Positions 25,510-44,760 of a DNA stretch of 64,000 nt are shown one piece after another. Position numbers and translations under genes: made by a program. The DNA comes from the human T2T-CHM13v2.0 reference genome, Homo sapiens. The notes under the pieces are model-generated. The model was not told where the DNA came from. It searched no databases and saw nothing but the letters and a program-made list of their open reading frames with translations. Location of the stretch: assembly GCF_009914755.1 (NCBI RefSeq), contig NC_060929.1. One strand, given 5' to 3'. How positions within the stretch are numbered: the first letter of the stretch is position 1; every line of letters starts with the position of its first letter.

Positions 25510-27157
25510 AATATGCTGTTCACATTGTCACTGAAATCCAACTCTTCCATTCATGCACTAGATGCCATGTTCTTTTGCCTATTCAAAGATGTGGATCCAG
25601 TGGTTTACTCACATCATCCTGACACCATAATTTCTTCTCTCTCTTCTAGATATTTTCCCTCAGCTTACACATACATTGTAATTTCTACCGTCATATAAAG
25701 CAAATCCTCTCTTGACCTCATTTTCCTCTCCATCTCACACCAATATTTCATTCTTATTGACATCAAAACTCTCTGAACATTTTATCTACTCTCTTTTTCC
25801 AATGTCTTCCCATTCATTTTTTATTGATTCCTTCCTAACAGTCTGTGGTCTCCAATCCTTCATTACATGTGCTGTCGTCAAAGTAACCAGTAACCTTCAT
25901 ATGGTCAAATACAATACTTAAGCCTCAGACTTCATCATTCTTGAACTCTCTGCACATTTAACATTTCATCCATCTTGACTGAATAATTTTCCTTACTTGA
26001 CTTTCAGGACTCCACATACACCTAGGTTTTCTACTACCTCACTTGTCATTCTTTCATCTTCTTTGCTTATTTCACCTCACATCCCCAACCACTAAACAAA
26101 GCTCAGTTTTAAGCTGTCTATGCTTATTGTTATATTGATTTGTGTAGTTTTATTATTTCAAAATACTATCTAAAAATAATATCTCCCAAATTTATTTTTC
26201 TAATCCAAACTGCTCCTATGAACTTTCATTCTTAAATGTTCAACGGTTTATCAGACATCTATCTCTACTTGTATGTACAATAATAGACATCTCAAAATTA
26301 TAGTATATTGATCTAAGTTTTTCCTCTCCTCATTCCCCCACATTTACTCCTCACCCAATCTTATCCATTTCAGTTAATGGAAATGTAATCCTTCTTGTTG
26401 CTAAGGCCAAACCTTTGGATTCATTCCCGACTTTCAATCAACCAGCATTATCTATTGGCTCTATTTTCCAATATCTTCAGAAAACTCATTACCTCTACTA
26501 CCGCTCTGGTCCAAGTCAAGAGTATCTCTTGCCTGGGTAATGTCCATAGCCATCTAACTGTTTTGCTATCCTCAGCTACCCCACAGTTTCTTAATAATGA
26601 AACAGTTAATTATTTACACAGAAGTCTAGTGATTTTTTGAAATGTACCTCAAAACATATCATTTCTAAACCATCAATGACTGCCTATTTTACCCAGAGTC
26701 AAAGCCAAAACCCATTCAATGACTTAAAATATCCTACATGATCTCATCTCGCATTGCATAAGGGTATATTCAAGCTCATTCCTCTGCCTGGAACATTCTT
26801 CTTCAATATATTTGATATTCATGATATCAATTTCATTCTTCATCTCAGTCAGGGCTTAGGCCAAATATCATGTTTCCATTGAGTTCTTTTCTGCCCTTCA
26901 TTTTGAAAATTCCCTACATTTCCTTTTTTCCCACACTATATTCCTCTATACCACTGATCATTATCTACACATCAGTATCTATATTTATAGCTATCTACCT
27001 ATATAACATTTATTTGTTAATTATTTCTTTTCCTAAAGACAGGGAATTCTTTTTGTCTGTTTGATTAGCTACTGAGTCTCTGGTACCCAGAAAAATGTCC
27101 TACATCAGGTAAATATTCAATGAACATTTTAAATGAGTTAATGAATAAATGAATGGA
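25510..27157 (+). mobile_element. L2a, about 1.6 kb RT-to-3' fragment
   Basis: aaagtaaccagtaaccttcatatggtcaaatacaat; cctctgcctggaacattcttc; tail aatgaataaatgaatg. Confidence 0.85.
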
Positions 27158-27489
27158 TCGGTTTTACTGAGGTTAAAATACTGTATAACATTAAAATTAT
27201 AGTGGAATATTATGAAAATTTTCAAAATTACTTAGGTATAAATTACCTATATAAGAGTAGAGGATGCAAATACTAAAACTGATAGAGAGTGTGTGAAGTA
27301 TGGAAAACAGAACTGTGTCCCTGCCCAGTTAGGTAGTGAAAGGGTCATATCACCTATTTTGCCTTCTTTTCCCGTCACAGCTGTCTCTCACAGAAGCAGC
27401 AGTAAGGTAGATGCTTTTATACAGTTCCTGGACATAGGGTAAAATAATATTAAACCACATTGTGAGTAATTTATGCTGTTTTTATTATC

Positions 27490-27823
27490 TGTGATTCCTC
27501 CTTTTACAAATCTTGCTTTTTTAACTAAGAGAGTGAATCCTTCTGACTCATAATCTTCAAGAAGCAGCCATATTTATAGATAAGGTTTAACAATATTTTG
27601 GTTTTACTATACTAATACGATGTATATTTTCTTTTCAGAGCAAAATGTGTCTTCTCTTAAAATACATTTAATTAATAAATTGGTAAATTGATGTAAAAAG
27701 AAATATTTAAAATTAACAAGGTTTTGATGTGCAAATATGGCAAAATAATGAAAGTGATACATGAATAAGTGTACATTTTAAAATTTTAATTGAGTAAGCA
27801 AATGACTTAAATTTGAGAAAATG
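27490..27823. mobile_element. MER113/Charlie-type hAT fragment
   Basis: gcaaatatggcaaaataatgaaagtgatacatgaat...aaatttgagaaa resembles the MER113 terminus. Confidence 0.5.
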
Positions 27824-29164
27824 GCAAGGTTTTATCCATCCAGGATTAGAACATTTACTCAATAATATTGTCTTAGCCTTATCATAAAACTTTAAAAAAG
27901 ATTGGCTTGAAATAAAATCTCTTTAACCTCCCTATAAATTCCTTGAGGCACAGCAAGTAGGCTATTAGAATTAGTTAATACATACCTAATTAATGAGTCT
28001 GATACTTGAACATCTGCATATTGCTCCTCATTTATTTTCCTTCTCGTGCAAAAACTTTCTCAACAGTCATATTATATATAATAGAGCCAATTAGTAGAGA
28101 AGCCTGAACTTCTTGTGAGAAGACATGGTTAGCTTAACATTAAACCTGATTTTCTTACATTATCTCTTTCCATTTCTCTTTTTCCACTGCCATTCTAAGT
28201 ACAGTAACCATGAGTTACATATTAAAACAAAGAGCCAAGGTCAAGCTATGACAAAAATAATAGGACTAGGTTTGGGAGGTCATTTACTAAATGCCAGCCC
28301 TGGGGTGACTAGGGCACTTGAACAAAACTTCCAGAAATTGAAATCATTTCCAGATGTCTCCTCTACACAACTTTACTTGGAGGTGGATAGCTATCAATCA
28401 CTGTCCCTCATTTGTTAATATGGTCTCACTTCCTCTAATTCCTTTCTGATACCATTTCTCCTTTCAGAAATTGCCACCATTGCTCTCCACCGATTCGTGC
28501 TTCAAACCCCAAATAAAATCCCAATTTTCAATGAAGGCTTCTTAGATTATTGTAGCCACCATCAGTCTCTTGTAGTGCTCTGTTAAATGTCATTTTCTCA
28601 AACACACAACTAACATTTGGTTTTTAAAATGGCCATTTACCAGTTTTCTGTTGCACAAAATTAGCTGTTTATTATACACAATCTCGTCCTCAATAATCAT
28701 TTTATATATTTAAAATGTTCTTTTTGGGGGCTACAGGTGGTATTATATTCCTTTTAATAACTACAGGGCCTAGAATACATATGTATATACTTATACATTT
28801 CATGATTTTGTAAACCATTTGGAACAGAAATGTCAACAACTTACATGTTCTAATTGTGTAAGAGAATGCCTGCATGTGTTTTGAAATTTCTGCTCTTGCT
28901 GATGAAAGGCTTGCATTTAATAAATATCCAGCTGTGACAGCTAAAATTAACACATCTTTCTGTAACATTAAGTAGAATGCTCCATAAGGCTGCACTGGAG
29001 TGGAATGTAGAATTTTCCAATTTTAGAACCTTTAGGAAAATAGGCCACTTTTTTAGCTGCAATTGATGGGGACATCAGTGTGCCGAACATCATAGGTCTT
29101 TGTTTTGCTAAATTTATAAATATTATGTAATTATCATTGTAGTAATGAAAGTTATCATTCACTG

Positions 29165-29335
29165 TAGGCTTACTGGGATGCTGGGCACCTAAGATATTTA
29201 AATGTGTTATGCCAACTCTGTGATGTAAGTATGGTTGTTACCCAAAATCTACAAATCAGGAACTGAGGCCCATATAGTCTGTAAAAGACATAGAAATAGA
29301 ACTCAGTCTGGTCCATTTCAAAGTTTACGCATTGA
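29165..29335 (-). mobile_element. MIR (degraded)
   Basis: tacaaatcaggaactgaggccca...gaactcagtctggtc. Confidence 0.55.
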
Positions 29336-29922
29336 AGCATTAAGATATTTTTCAGTTAAAACAACAGTAAGAACAAAGTAATCACAGTGAATGGATATAA
29401 TCCAGAGTCACCCATTAGGTCCAAATCAATTAGCTTAAACCCCACCTTAGGAAAGCGTACCCCATACACATAACCCCCATAGCCAGAAACCTCTCAGTCT
29501 CAGGGAAGGCCTCCTTTCCCTTGACCTGCTGTTTATTTCTAATACTTTCTCTGCCTTGGCGGATCCTATTTTGTTCCTCTTCTCTAGTACTTGATTTTCT
29601 GCAGCAGTACTTGGTCTCATCTATGTCCCCTTTTGCTGGATTTCAGATACATATCTCAATACCCTTCCTTACCGATATATCTATGGTATATCCCTACTGA
29701 GTAGAAACCAACTGTCCCCATATATTCTGGTGGTCATAATTCCTCAAACTGGTATAACACCTAGATTGCTACTTTTCCATGAGGAGGCCTCTATCTGTTC
29801 ATCAATCCAACAGACATTCTACTAGGTTTCTTCTATGTATCATAGTTTCAGCAATTGTGAAAGACATAGAATGTTACCACGGAGCTGCAACGATCATGGA
29901 ATCTACACTATGTATTTTGAAT

Positions 29923-30749
<827 letters not shown>

Positions 30750-32188
30750 GAAGGTGAAAAGGACATCAGAGAAAGAGAGATCTATGAGAAGCAAAGCACA
30801 GAGTATGGAAAGCACAGATAACGTATGGGGAATAGTTGTAAATAGAAGTCTTACCTCATGTTTCATGAAGACATCTTGCAAATGTAGATAACTAACAAGA
30901 TTGCAAGAGCATATGAGCATTTGTTTCCAGTGGTTTCATTTTTCAAAGTAAGTTATAAAATATTAATAAATAAATAACTATGACAGACAAAGGGGAGCAT
31001 ATAAGTAAGGGGAAGATGAGAAGGAGAAGAGAGAGAAATGAAAGGCCTCAAATGCTAATAACCCAAATTGAAATTAGCAGATTCACTTCAGCCTAAAATA
31101 TCAGTCCTGACATTTTTCTTGTAGCTTCAGCACATCCATTCAACTCTGAGAAGGTAGATTCTCTTCAACCTTCACTGAGGAGTAGGGTTGGGGTGTAGGA
31201 GGGGCTAGTTAGAGAGATGCCAGCTTTAGCCCTCCCAATGTCCAGGCGCAGAACATTTGTTTTAGGTCCAATTAAAGGTCTTTGGCTGGAGTCAAGAAAT
31301 AGACTATTAGGCTCTAAGACAAACAGTGTGAAATTATATTTGTGATGAACCATAGATTTTTCCGAGTACTTTTGGTCAAAGATTATGTAATAATTTTTTA
31401 TTATATAATATTTTTTAAAATTTTATTTAAATTTAAATTTTTAAAAAATTTTATTTTAGGTTCAAGGGTACATGTGCAGGTTTGTTATGTAGGTAAATTG
31501 CATGTCATGGGGGTTTGTTGTACAGATTATTTTGCCACCAAGGTAATGAGCATAGTACCAAATAGGTAGTTTTTTTCAATCCTCTGACTCCTACCACCCT
31601 CTACCTCCAAGTAGCCCCCAGTGTCTGTTGTTCCTTTCATTATGTCTATGTTTACTCAATATTTAGCTTCCATTTATAAGAGAACATGTGGTGTTTTACT
31701 TTTTGTTCCTGCATTAATTCACTTAGGATCCCAGCCTGCAGTTCCATGCATGTTGCTGCAAAGGACCATGACTTCATTCTTTTTTATGGCCGTGTAGTAT
31801 TCCATGATATATATGTACCACATTTTCTTCCTCCAGTCTACCATTGATGGGCATTTAGATTGATTCCATGGCTCTGCTACTGTGATAGAGCTGCAATGAA
31901 TATATGAGTGCCTGTGCCTTTATGGTCGAATGATTTATATTCCTTTGGGTATGTACTCAACAATAGGATTGCTGGGTTGAATGGTAGTTCTATTTTAAGT
32001 TCTTTGAGAAATTGCAAACTACTTTCCACAATGGCTGAATTAATTTACATTCCCATGACCTGTGTATAAGCATTCCCTTTTCTCCACAACCTCAACAGCA
32101 TCTGTTATTTTTTTACTTTTTAATAATAATCATTCTGACTGGTGTGAGATGGTATTTCATTGGGGTTTTGATTCGCATTTCTCTAAAG

Positions 32189-32431
32189 CAGCAGTTTCCA
32201 ACATTTTGGGCACCAGAGACCAGTTTTGTGGATGACAATTTTTCCATGGATGAGGTGGGATGGTTTCAGGATAAAATTGTTCCACCTCAGATCATCAGGC
32301 ATTAGATTCTCATAAGGAGTGGAGTGCACAACCTAGATTCCTTGTGCAGTTCACAACAGCATTCATGCTCCCATAAGAATTTAATGCCACAGACTTCTAG
32401 AGGTCCACAGCCCAGTGGTTGGGGACCCCTG
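32189..32431 (-). mobile_element. MER1B hAT-Charlie MITE, internally deleted
   Basis: TIRs cagcagtttccaac / gttggggacccctg; gttccacctcagatcatcaggcattagattctcataagg; 8-bp TSD ctctaaag / ctttagag. Confidence 0.9.
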
Positions 32432-32555
32432 CTTTAGAGATTAGTGATGTTGAGCATTTTTTCATATCCTTGTTGGCCACATTATGACTTGTTTTGAGAA
32501 GTGTTTGTTCATGTCCTTTGCACACTTTTTAATGGCATTGTTTTTTGCTTGTTCC

Positions 32556-32858
<303 letters not shown>

Positions 32859-33908
32859 TAGTTAAAGTTCCTTATAGATTCTGGATGTTAGACCTTTGTC
32901 AGCTGCATAGATTGCAAATGTTTTCTCCCATTCTGTAGGTTGTCTGTTTACTCTGTCAGTAGTTTCTTCTCCTGTCCAGAAGCTGTTTAGTTTAATTAGG
33001 TCCCATCTGTGAATTTTTGTTTTTGTTGCAATTGCTTTTGGCATCTTCATCACAAAATCTTTGCCAAGGCCTATGTTCAGAACAGTATTTCCTAGGTTAT
33101 CTTCCAGGAATTTTAAATGTTTAAGTTTTACATTTAAGTTTTTAATCAATCTTGGGTTGATTTTTGTAAATAGTGTAAGGAAGGCATCCAGCTTCAATCT
33201 TCTGTATATGGCTAGCCAGTTATCCCCAAACTATTTATTGAATAGGAAGTCTTTTCCCCATTGCTTGATCTTGTCACCTTTATTGAGGATCAGATGGTTT
33301 TAACTGTGCAGCTGTATTTCTGGGCTCTTTATTCTGTTCCATTGGTCTATGTGTCTGTTTTTATACCAGTACCATGCCTTTTTGGTTACTGTAGCCTTGT
33401 AGTATAGTTTGGAGTCAGATAACGTGATGCCTCCAGCTTTTTCTTTCTGTTTAGAATTGCTTTGGGTTTTCAGGCTCTTTTTTGGATCCATATGAATTTT
33501 AAAATAGCTTTTTTTAGTTTTGTGAAGAATGACATTGGTAGTTTTATAAGAATAGCATTGAATCTGTAAATTGCTTTGGGTAGTACGGCCATTTTAACAA
33601 TATTGATTTTTCCCATCAATGAGCACCAAGAATCTTTAAGAACTCATTTCCCACTGCTCACCATGGAAAGAAACTTCAGGTATTACTTACAGTAGTTTTT
33701 TTTTTTTCCTTTCCTTTCCTCTTTAAAATAAAATCACCTAAATTTTCAAATTTGAAGACTTCAGCAAGCTTTATTTCCTCCAGGAAAATTCTCCAAACTC
33801 TATTTTTAGTCAGTCGCCTACATCTTACCATTTAGCATTTGACTGTATACCAATATCTATTATTCCATAAGTTTTCTGCAAGCTTAGAATGATTTTCCAA
33901 TTTCATTA

Positions 33909-35645
33909 TGAGAGGTGACAGCGTGCTGGCAGCCCTCGCAGCCCTCACTCGCTCTCGGTGCCTCCTTGGCCTTGGTGCCCATTCTGGCCATGCTTGAGGA
34001 GCCCTTCAGCCCACCACTTCACTGTGGGAGCCCCTTCCTCGGATGGCTGAGGCCAGAGCTGGCTCCCTCAGCCTGCGGCGAGGTGTGGAGGGAGAGGCAC
34101 GGGCGGGAACCGGGGCTGCACACAGTGCTTGCGGGCCAACTAGACTTCTGGGTGGGCGTGGGCTTGGCAGGCCCCACACTCGGAGCAGCCGGCTGGCCCC
34201 ACCGGCTCCGGGTAGTGAGGGGCTTAGCACCTGGGCCAGCAGCTGCGGAGGGTGCGCCAGGTCCCCCAGCAGTGCCAGCCCACTGGCGCTGCACTCGATT
34301 TCTTGCCAGGCCTTAGCTGCCTCCCCGTGGGGCAGGGCTTGGCACCTGCAGCCCGCCATGTCTGAGCCTCCCCTCCCCCTGCCATGGGCTCCTGCACGGC
34401 CCAAGCCTCCCTGACGAGCGCTGCCCCCTGCTCCACAGTGCCCGGTCCCATCGACCACCCAAGGGCTGAGGAGTGCAGGCGCACGGTGCGGGACTGGAAG
34501 CAGCTCCACCTGTGGCCCCAGTGCGGGATCCACTGGGTGAAGCCAGCTGGGATCCTGAGTCTGGTAGGGACTTGGAGAACCTTTATGTCTAGCTAGGGGA
34601 TTGTAAATACACCAATCGGCACCCTGTATCTAGCTCAAGGTTTGTAAACACACCAATCAGCACCCTGTGTCTAGCTCAGGGTTTGTGGATGCACCAGTCA
34701 GTACTCTGTATCTAGCTAATCTGGTGGGGACTTGGACAATCTTTATGTCTAGCTAAGGGATTGTGAATACACCAATCGGCACTATGTATCTAGCTCAAGG
34801 TTTGTAAACACACCAATCAGTACCCTGTGTCTAGCTCAGGGTTTGTGGATGCACCAATCGGCACTCTGTATCTAGCTAATCTGGTGGGGACTTGGAGAAT
34901 CTTTATGTCTAGCTAAGGGATTGTGAATGCACCAATCGTCACTCTGTATCTAGCTCAAGGTTTGTAAATGCACCAATCAGCACTGTGTGTCTAGCTCAGG
35001 GTTTGTAAATACACCAATGGATACTCTGTATCTAGCTAATTTAGTGGGGACGTGGAGAACTTTTGTGTCTAGCTCAGGGATTGTAAATGCACCACTCAGC
35101 ATCCTGTCAAAACGGATCAATCAGCTCTCTGTAAAACAGACCAATCGGCTCTCTGTAAAATGGACCAATCAGCAGGATGTGCGTGGGGCCAGATAAGAGA
35201 ATAAAAGCAGGCTGCCCCAGCCAGCAGGGGCAACCCGCTTGGGTCCCCTTCCACACCGTGGAAGCTTTATTCTTTCGCTCTTTGCAATAAATCTTGCTAC
35301 TGCTCAATCTTTGGGTCCACACCACCTTTATGAGCTGTAACACTCACCGAGAAGGTCTGCAGCTTCACTCCTGAAGCCAGTGAAACCACGAACCCACTGG
35401 GAGGAACGAACAACTCCAGATGCACCGCCTTAAAAGCTGTAACACTGACCGCGAAGGAATGCAGCTTCACTCCTGAGCCAGCGAGACCACGAACCCACCA
35501 GTAGGAAGAAACTCCAAACACATCCGAACATCAGAAGGAACAAACTCCGGACACGCTGCCTTTAAGAACTGTAACACTTACCGTGAGGGTCTGCGGCTTC
35601 ATTCTTGAAGTCAGTGAGACCAAGAACCCGCCAATTCTGGACACA
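33909..35645 (+). mobile_element. LTR12C (ERV9/HERV9) solo LTR
   Basis: Starts tgagaggtgacagcgtgctggcag, ends ccaattctggacaca; perfect 4-bp TSD atta; GC-rich U3, tandem CCAAT repeats, U5 repeats. Confidence 0.96.
34580..35210 (+). promoter_or_regulatory. LTR12C enhancer/promoter: tandem CCAAT (NF-Y) repeats and AATAAA-type TATA element
   Basis: Ten intact CCAAT boxes counted; agaataaaag near 35198-35207. Activity is inferred from known LTR12 biology. Confidence 0.7.
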
Positions 35646-35979
35646 ATTACATGCTCTTCAAAGGCCACTTTTAACAAATCTTTATGTCTTCATAGTGATC
35701 AGTGTATAATAAATATAGGTGGGACCATCTGAAGGAACCAAGTCAGAGACACTTCTCTTAAGTCAATTAATAATTCAAATGTGTTTAAATTTTTTTGGTC
35801 ATTGTAATTAGTGCAAGCATTTATGATCATATATATTATGCCTATGTGTGCTTAAGTCTCACCTAATTGCAATAAATAAGAAAAATCGTAATACCACAAT
35901 TTGTATGTGTCAGAAGACATTTATTGCAACTATTTTCTATATGTTTTCTGATTGAATCTTCATAAAAGCCTTAGATCAC

Positions 35980-36080
35980 AGATCATTGTGAAGATTAGGT
36001 GAAGGAATATATATATATATATAAAGTGTTAGGCATAGAGTCTGACCAATAATCAGCTTTCAAAAACTGTTAGCTAAAAT
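35980..36080 (+). mobile_element. MIR 3' fragment with (TA)n
   Basis: ttgtgaagattaggtga...aaagtgttaggcatagagtctgac...gttagcta. Confidence 0.6.
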
Positions 36081-39020
36081 AAAAAAAATCTATATATTTT
36101 TCATCAAAACAACTAGAGTTAAATATTTTTAATGCCTCAGTGTTTTGTTATTTAATAAAAATGAATAGCCCCTCAATAACCAGGAAGATATTATTAACAG
36201 CATAGTAAGTTATTCTGACCTTGTGTGGCTCATTTTCTTCCCCGTGGACTCTTCACAGTATGCACAGGCATTTGTTAACATTTCCCAAGAGTAGACAGCT
36301 TGCTTAATTTTCTTCCTATGGCATCACAATTATTCCATAACTAGAATTTTTAAGTGAGGTGTCTTGAGTGACTGAGTTATAACGACCAGACATTTCAAAG
36401 CGTCCACCAAAGCAATATGGGCTGTGCGGAAAGCTGAAGGCATTAATGTAATGGCCTCCCTGTGGAGAGAAGAACAACATGAGAAAGAGTCACATTTTCT
36501 TTGTGTTTTCAAATAAAGCATCCAATTTTCAGAACTCCAGAACACTAGAGAAGGATGTCATTCTTTTGATTTGGAGTATAGAACAATTGGGCAGTGGAAG
36601 CACGCTGACATACCTCAGGTGGGTTCATGTCAGAGAGACCTGCTGAAGAGCTGTAGGAAGTCAGGCGATGAATACAAAACCTGAGGCAAACAGCAATTGA
36701 GTCTGAGTATCTTTGAAAAAAATGCTGCATATTATAGCAAAACTTGAAAGAAAATAGCTATCTCTTTAATTTTTGAAATTAACTACATTAATTGCCATTA
36801 TAATTTATCAATCATCAAAGCCAGCTTGTGGAATAGAGCTTGGGGTGCTGTTCTTCAAAGTGCTTCAGCAATTCTCAGGATTTAGCATTGCCTTAAGCCA
36901 AAATCACCATAGAGGTCCCACCTGCTATTTTAGTGTAAACTTAAAATATTAATGGTGCTGAAGAGCAATATTGCCTTTGACAGCCATCTATCATGTACTC
37001 CCTTATTTTATTGTCCAGAGAATTGAAATACTTCAATACTGAAATGGAAAACAGTGGAGAAGGAAACCAGATTTTTCACTCCTTTCCACTCCACATTTTT
37101 CATGAAAGTTGAACTATCAAACTCTTTTTCCAGCCCAGGCTTCGTTATGACCCCCTGGGTACATATCATGCTCTGAATCTGGTTCCAACATGTTCCTGAC
37201 AACTCTTTCTCTTCTGGCTCTGCAATCTAGGGCAAAATTTCAGAAGCTCATTTGATACTTTTTATAAGGAAAGCAATCATTTCACATAGTAGGACAGCTA
37301 CCTGGGTAATAAAATACTCAACTTCATATATTTAAGTACAATGATGCTAGTATTTACATGACCAGGGAAGAAATAGTTTCTTATTTTTTAGCTTGTTTTG
37401 ACACCCTATTTTACTTAGTTTTATGGCACTATTAGCTAAATTCATAAGTGTGCCAATAATAACAATAGTAATAGTTGAGAAACCACTCTTTAAATAAAAA
37501 GACATAAAATAACTAACCAGTCCAACTTGGGTGAAAAATGTTACAATGTGTCATCTGTTGATTTAATATTTTATTCAACTGTCTTAATGCATATTACGTA
37601 TATATAACATATGTAACAATAATAATAAAAACAGCATCATTAAAAATTTACAGGGGGATCTGGCAAGATGGCCAAATAGGAACAGCTCTGGTCTGCAGCT
37701 CCCAGCGAGACCCATGCAGAAGGTGAGTGACTTCTACATTTCCATCTGAGGTACACTGTTCATCTCATTGGGACTGGTTAGGCAGAGAGTGCAGTCCATG
37801 GAGGGCTAGCAGAAGCAGGGTGGGGCATTGCCTCACCCAGGAAGTATGAGGAGTGGGGGGCCTCCCTTTCCCAGCCAAGGGAAGCCATGAGGGACTATGC
37901 TATCCAGCCCAGATACTACATTTTTCCCAGGGTTTTTGCAGTCTTCAGATCAGGAGATTCCCTTGTGTGCCTACACCATCAGGGACCTGGGTTTAAAAAC
38001 TGGGCATCTGTTTGGGCAGACACCGAGCTAGCTGCAGGAGTTTTTTTTTTGTTCCCCTCACACTCCCCACCCCCAATGGCACCTGGAACTCCAGCGAGAC
38101 AGAACCATTCACTCCCCAGGAAAGGGGGCTGAAGTCAGGGAGTCAAGTGGTCTCGCTCAGCAGATCCTACTCCCACTGGGCCCAGCAAGCTAAGAACCAC
38201 TGGCTTGAAATTCTCACTGCCAGCACAGCAGTCTGAAGTTGACCTGCGATGATCAAGCTTGGTGGGGAGGGGGGAGGATCAGTCTACCATTACTGAGGCT
38301 TGAATAGGTGGTTTTCCCCTGACAGTGCCAAAGAGGCCTGGAAATTTGGACTGGGTGGAACTCAACACAGCATAGCAAAGTGGCTATGGCCGGACTGCCT
38401 CTCTGTCCCATCTGTTATTCCTCTTCACTGGGCAGGGCATCTCTGAGAGAAAGGCAGCAGCCCCAGTAAGAGGCTTATAGATAAATCTCCCATCTGCCTG
38501 GAACAGAGCAGCTGGGGGAAGGAGAGGCTGTGGGTGCAGCTTCAGCAGACCTAAACATTCTTGCCTGGCTGCTCTGAAGAGAGCAGCAGATCCTGACAAG
38601 GAGGGTTCTCCCAGCAGAGCACTCGAGCTCTGATAAGGGACAGGCTGCCTCCTCAAGTGGGTTTCTGACCCCCATGCTTCCTAACTGGGAGAGACCTCCC
38701 AACTGGGGTTGACAGACACCTAATACAGGATAGCTCTGGCTGGCATCAGGCTGGTGCCTCTCTAGGATAAAGTTTCCAGAAGAAGGAGCAGGCAGCAATC
38801 TTTGCTGTTCTGCAGCCTCTGCTGGTGATACCCAGGCAAATAGGGTGTGGAGTGGACCTCTAGCAAATCACAGCAGACCTGAAAATGAGAGGCCTGACTG
38901 TTAGAAGAAAAATTAACAAACAGAAAGCAATAACATCAGCATAATAAAAAGGACCCCCACATAGAAATCTCATGCAAAGGTAATCAGCGTCAAAGATCAA
39001 AGGTAGATAAATCCACAAAG

Positions 39021-40033
39021 ATGAGGAAAAAACAGCCCCAAAATGCTAAAAATTCGAAACACCAGAATGCCTCTTCTCCTCCAAATGATCACAACTCCTC
39101 TCCAGCAAGGGCACAAAACTAGATGGAGAATGAGTTTGACGAATTGACAGAAGGAGGCTTCAGAAGGTGGGTAATAACAAACTCCTCAGAGCTAGAAGAG
39201 CAGGTTCTAACCCAATACAAGGAAGCTAAGAATCTTGACAAAGGTTACAGGAACTGCTAACTAGAATAATCAGTTTAGAGAAGAACATAAATGACCTGAT
39301 GGAGCTGAAAAACCCAGGACAAGAACTTCGTGAAGCATACACAAGTATCAATAGCCAAATTGATCAAGTGGAAGAAAGGATATCAGAGATTGAAGATCAA
39401 CTTACTAAAATAAGGCATGAAGACAAGATTAAACAAAAAGGAATTAAAAGGAATGAACAAAGCCTCCAAGAAATATGGTACTGTGAAAAGACCAAACCTA
39501 CGATTGATTGGGGTCCCTGAAAGTGATGGGGAGAATGGAACCAACTTGGAAAACACACTTCGGGATACTATTCAGGAGAACTTACCCAACCCAGCGAGAC
39601 AGGCCGACATTCCAATTCAGGAAATACAGAAACACCATTAAGATATTCCTCAAGAAGAGCAACCCCAAGACACATAATCATCAGATTACCCAAGGTTGAA
39701 ATGAAGGAAAAAATGTTAATGGCAGCCAGAGAGAAATGTCAGGTTACCTACAAAGGGAATCTCATAAGACTAACAGCAGATCTCTCTGCAGAAACGCTAC
39801 AAGTTAGAGGAGTGTAGGGGCCAATATTCAATATTCTTAAAGAATAAAATTTTCAACCCAGAATTTTATATGCAGCCAAACTAAGCTTCATAAGTGGAGG
39901 AAAAATAAAATCCTATACAGACTAGAAAATGCTGAGGGATTTTTTTCACCACCAGGCCTGCCTCCTGAAGGAAGCACTAAATATGGAAAGAAAAACCCAG
40001 TACCAGCTGCTGCAAAAACACACCAAAATATGA
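39021..40033 (+). pseudogene. L1 ORF1p remnant (stops and frameshifts)
   Basis: ATG at 39021; peptides ELREAYTSINSQIDQVEERISEIED and VKRPNLRLIGVPESDGENGT lie in different frames. Confidence 0.9.
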
Positions 40034-40096
40034 AGACCAACAACACTGTGAAGAAATTACATCAACTTTTGTGCAAAATAACCAGCTAGAATCATA

Positions 40097-43960
<3,864 letters not shown>

Positions 43961-44209
43961 ACAGTGAGAACACATGGACACAGGGAGGGGAACATCACAT
44001 GCCAGGGCTTGTCAGAGGTTGGAAGAAAAGGGAGGGAGAACATTAGGACAAATACCTAATGCATGTGGGGCTTAAAACCTAGATGACGGGTTGATAGGTG
44101 CAGCAAACCACCATGGCACATGTTTAGCTATGTAACAAACCTGCACTTTCAGCACAGGTATCCCATAACTTAAAGTAAAAGAAAAAAAAAAAAGAAAATT
44201 TACAATAGC

Positions 44210-44405
44210 ATTGTAATGGCTAAATCTTTATCACCCATCATGTTAATTAACCCTCATAAAATAATTTTATGTTTCCAGTACTATTGTTTCACAAGCAAGA
44301 GAAATACAACACAGTGTGGTTTAAGATTTTTGCCTAAGATCACAGAAGCGCATAGTAGTTAGGGTTTGAACCTAGGCAGCCTGACAACTAATGACCACAC
44401 TCTGA
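44210..44405 (-). mobile_element. MIR
   Basis: tgcctaagatcacag...gggtttgaacctaggcagcctgac. Confidence 0.7.
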
Positions 44406-44589
44406 AGACCCTCATATACTTTGAAGATAGTTGTTTAATCCACTTCTTTTCTCATATAGAAAAAAGGAATTGAGGATGGAAATCTAATATTTGATGAAGA
44501 CTCAGTGTGCAAGTAATCATGGAGACACTATATTGTTTTATTCTAGTGTCCTTGTAATTTTCTTTATAGAGCACCAAAACAATAAACTG

Positions 44590-44760
44590 CTTCTCAAATG
44601 GTCGTATTCAAGTGCTTTATAATATTAACTCATTTGGTGTGCATAACAACTCTATGAGGTAGGTTTTATTATTATGCCCATTTTCCAATTGAAGCATCTT
44701 GTGTGCAAAGAATTAAGTAATTTACCCAAGATTATTCAGCTGATGAGTGGCAAGATATTC
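44590..44760 (-). mobile_element. MIR
   Basis: cataacaactctatgaggtagg...attatgcccatttt...ttaagtaatttacccaagat. Confidence 0.75.

Noticed and set aside
33915-34596. Overlapping 70-175 aa GC-rich ORFs and an apparent CpG island
   Set aside because: They lie entirely within LTR12C U3; frames are open on both strands because of GC content.
34580-35170. CRISPR-like regularly spaced repeats
   Set aside because: The intervening sequences are themselves repeated rather than unique spacers; this is the known LTR12 U3 tandem array.
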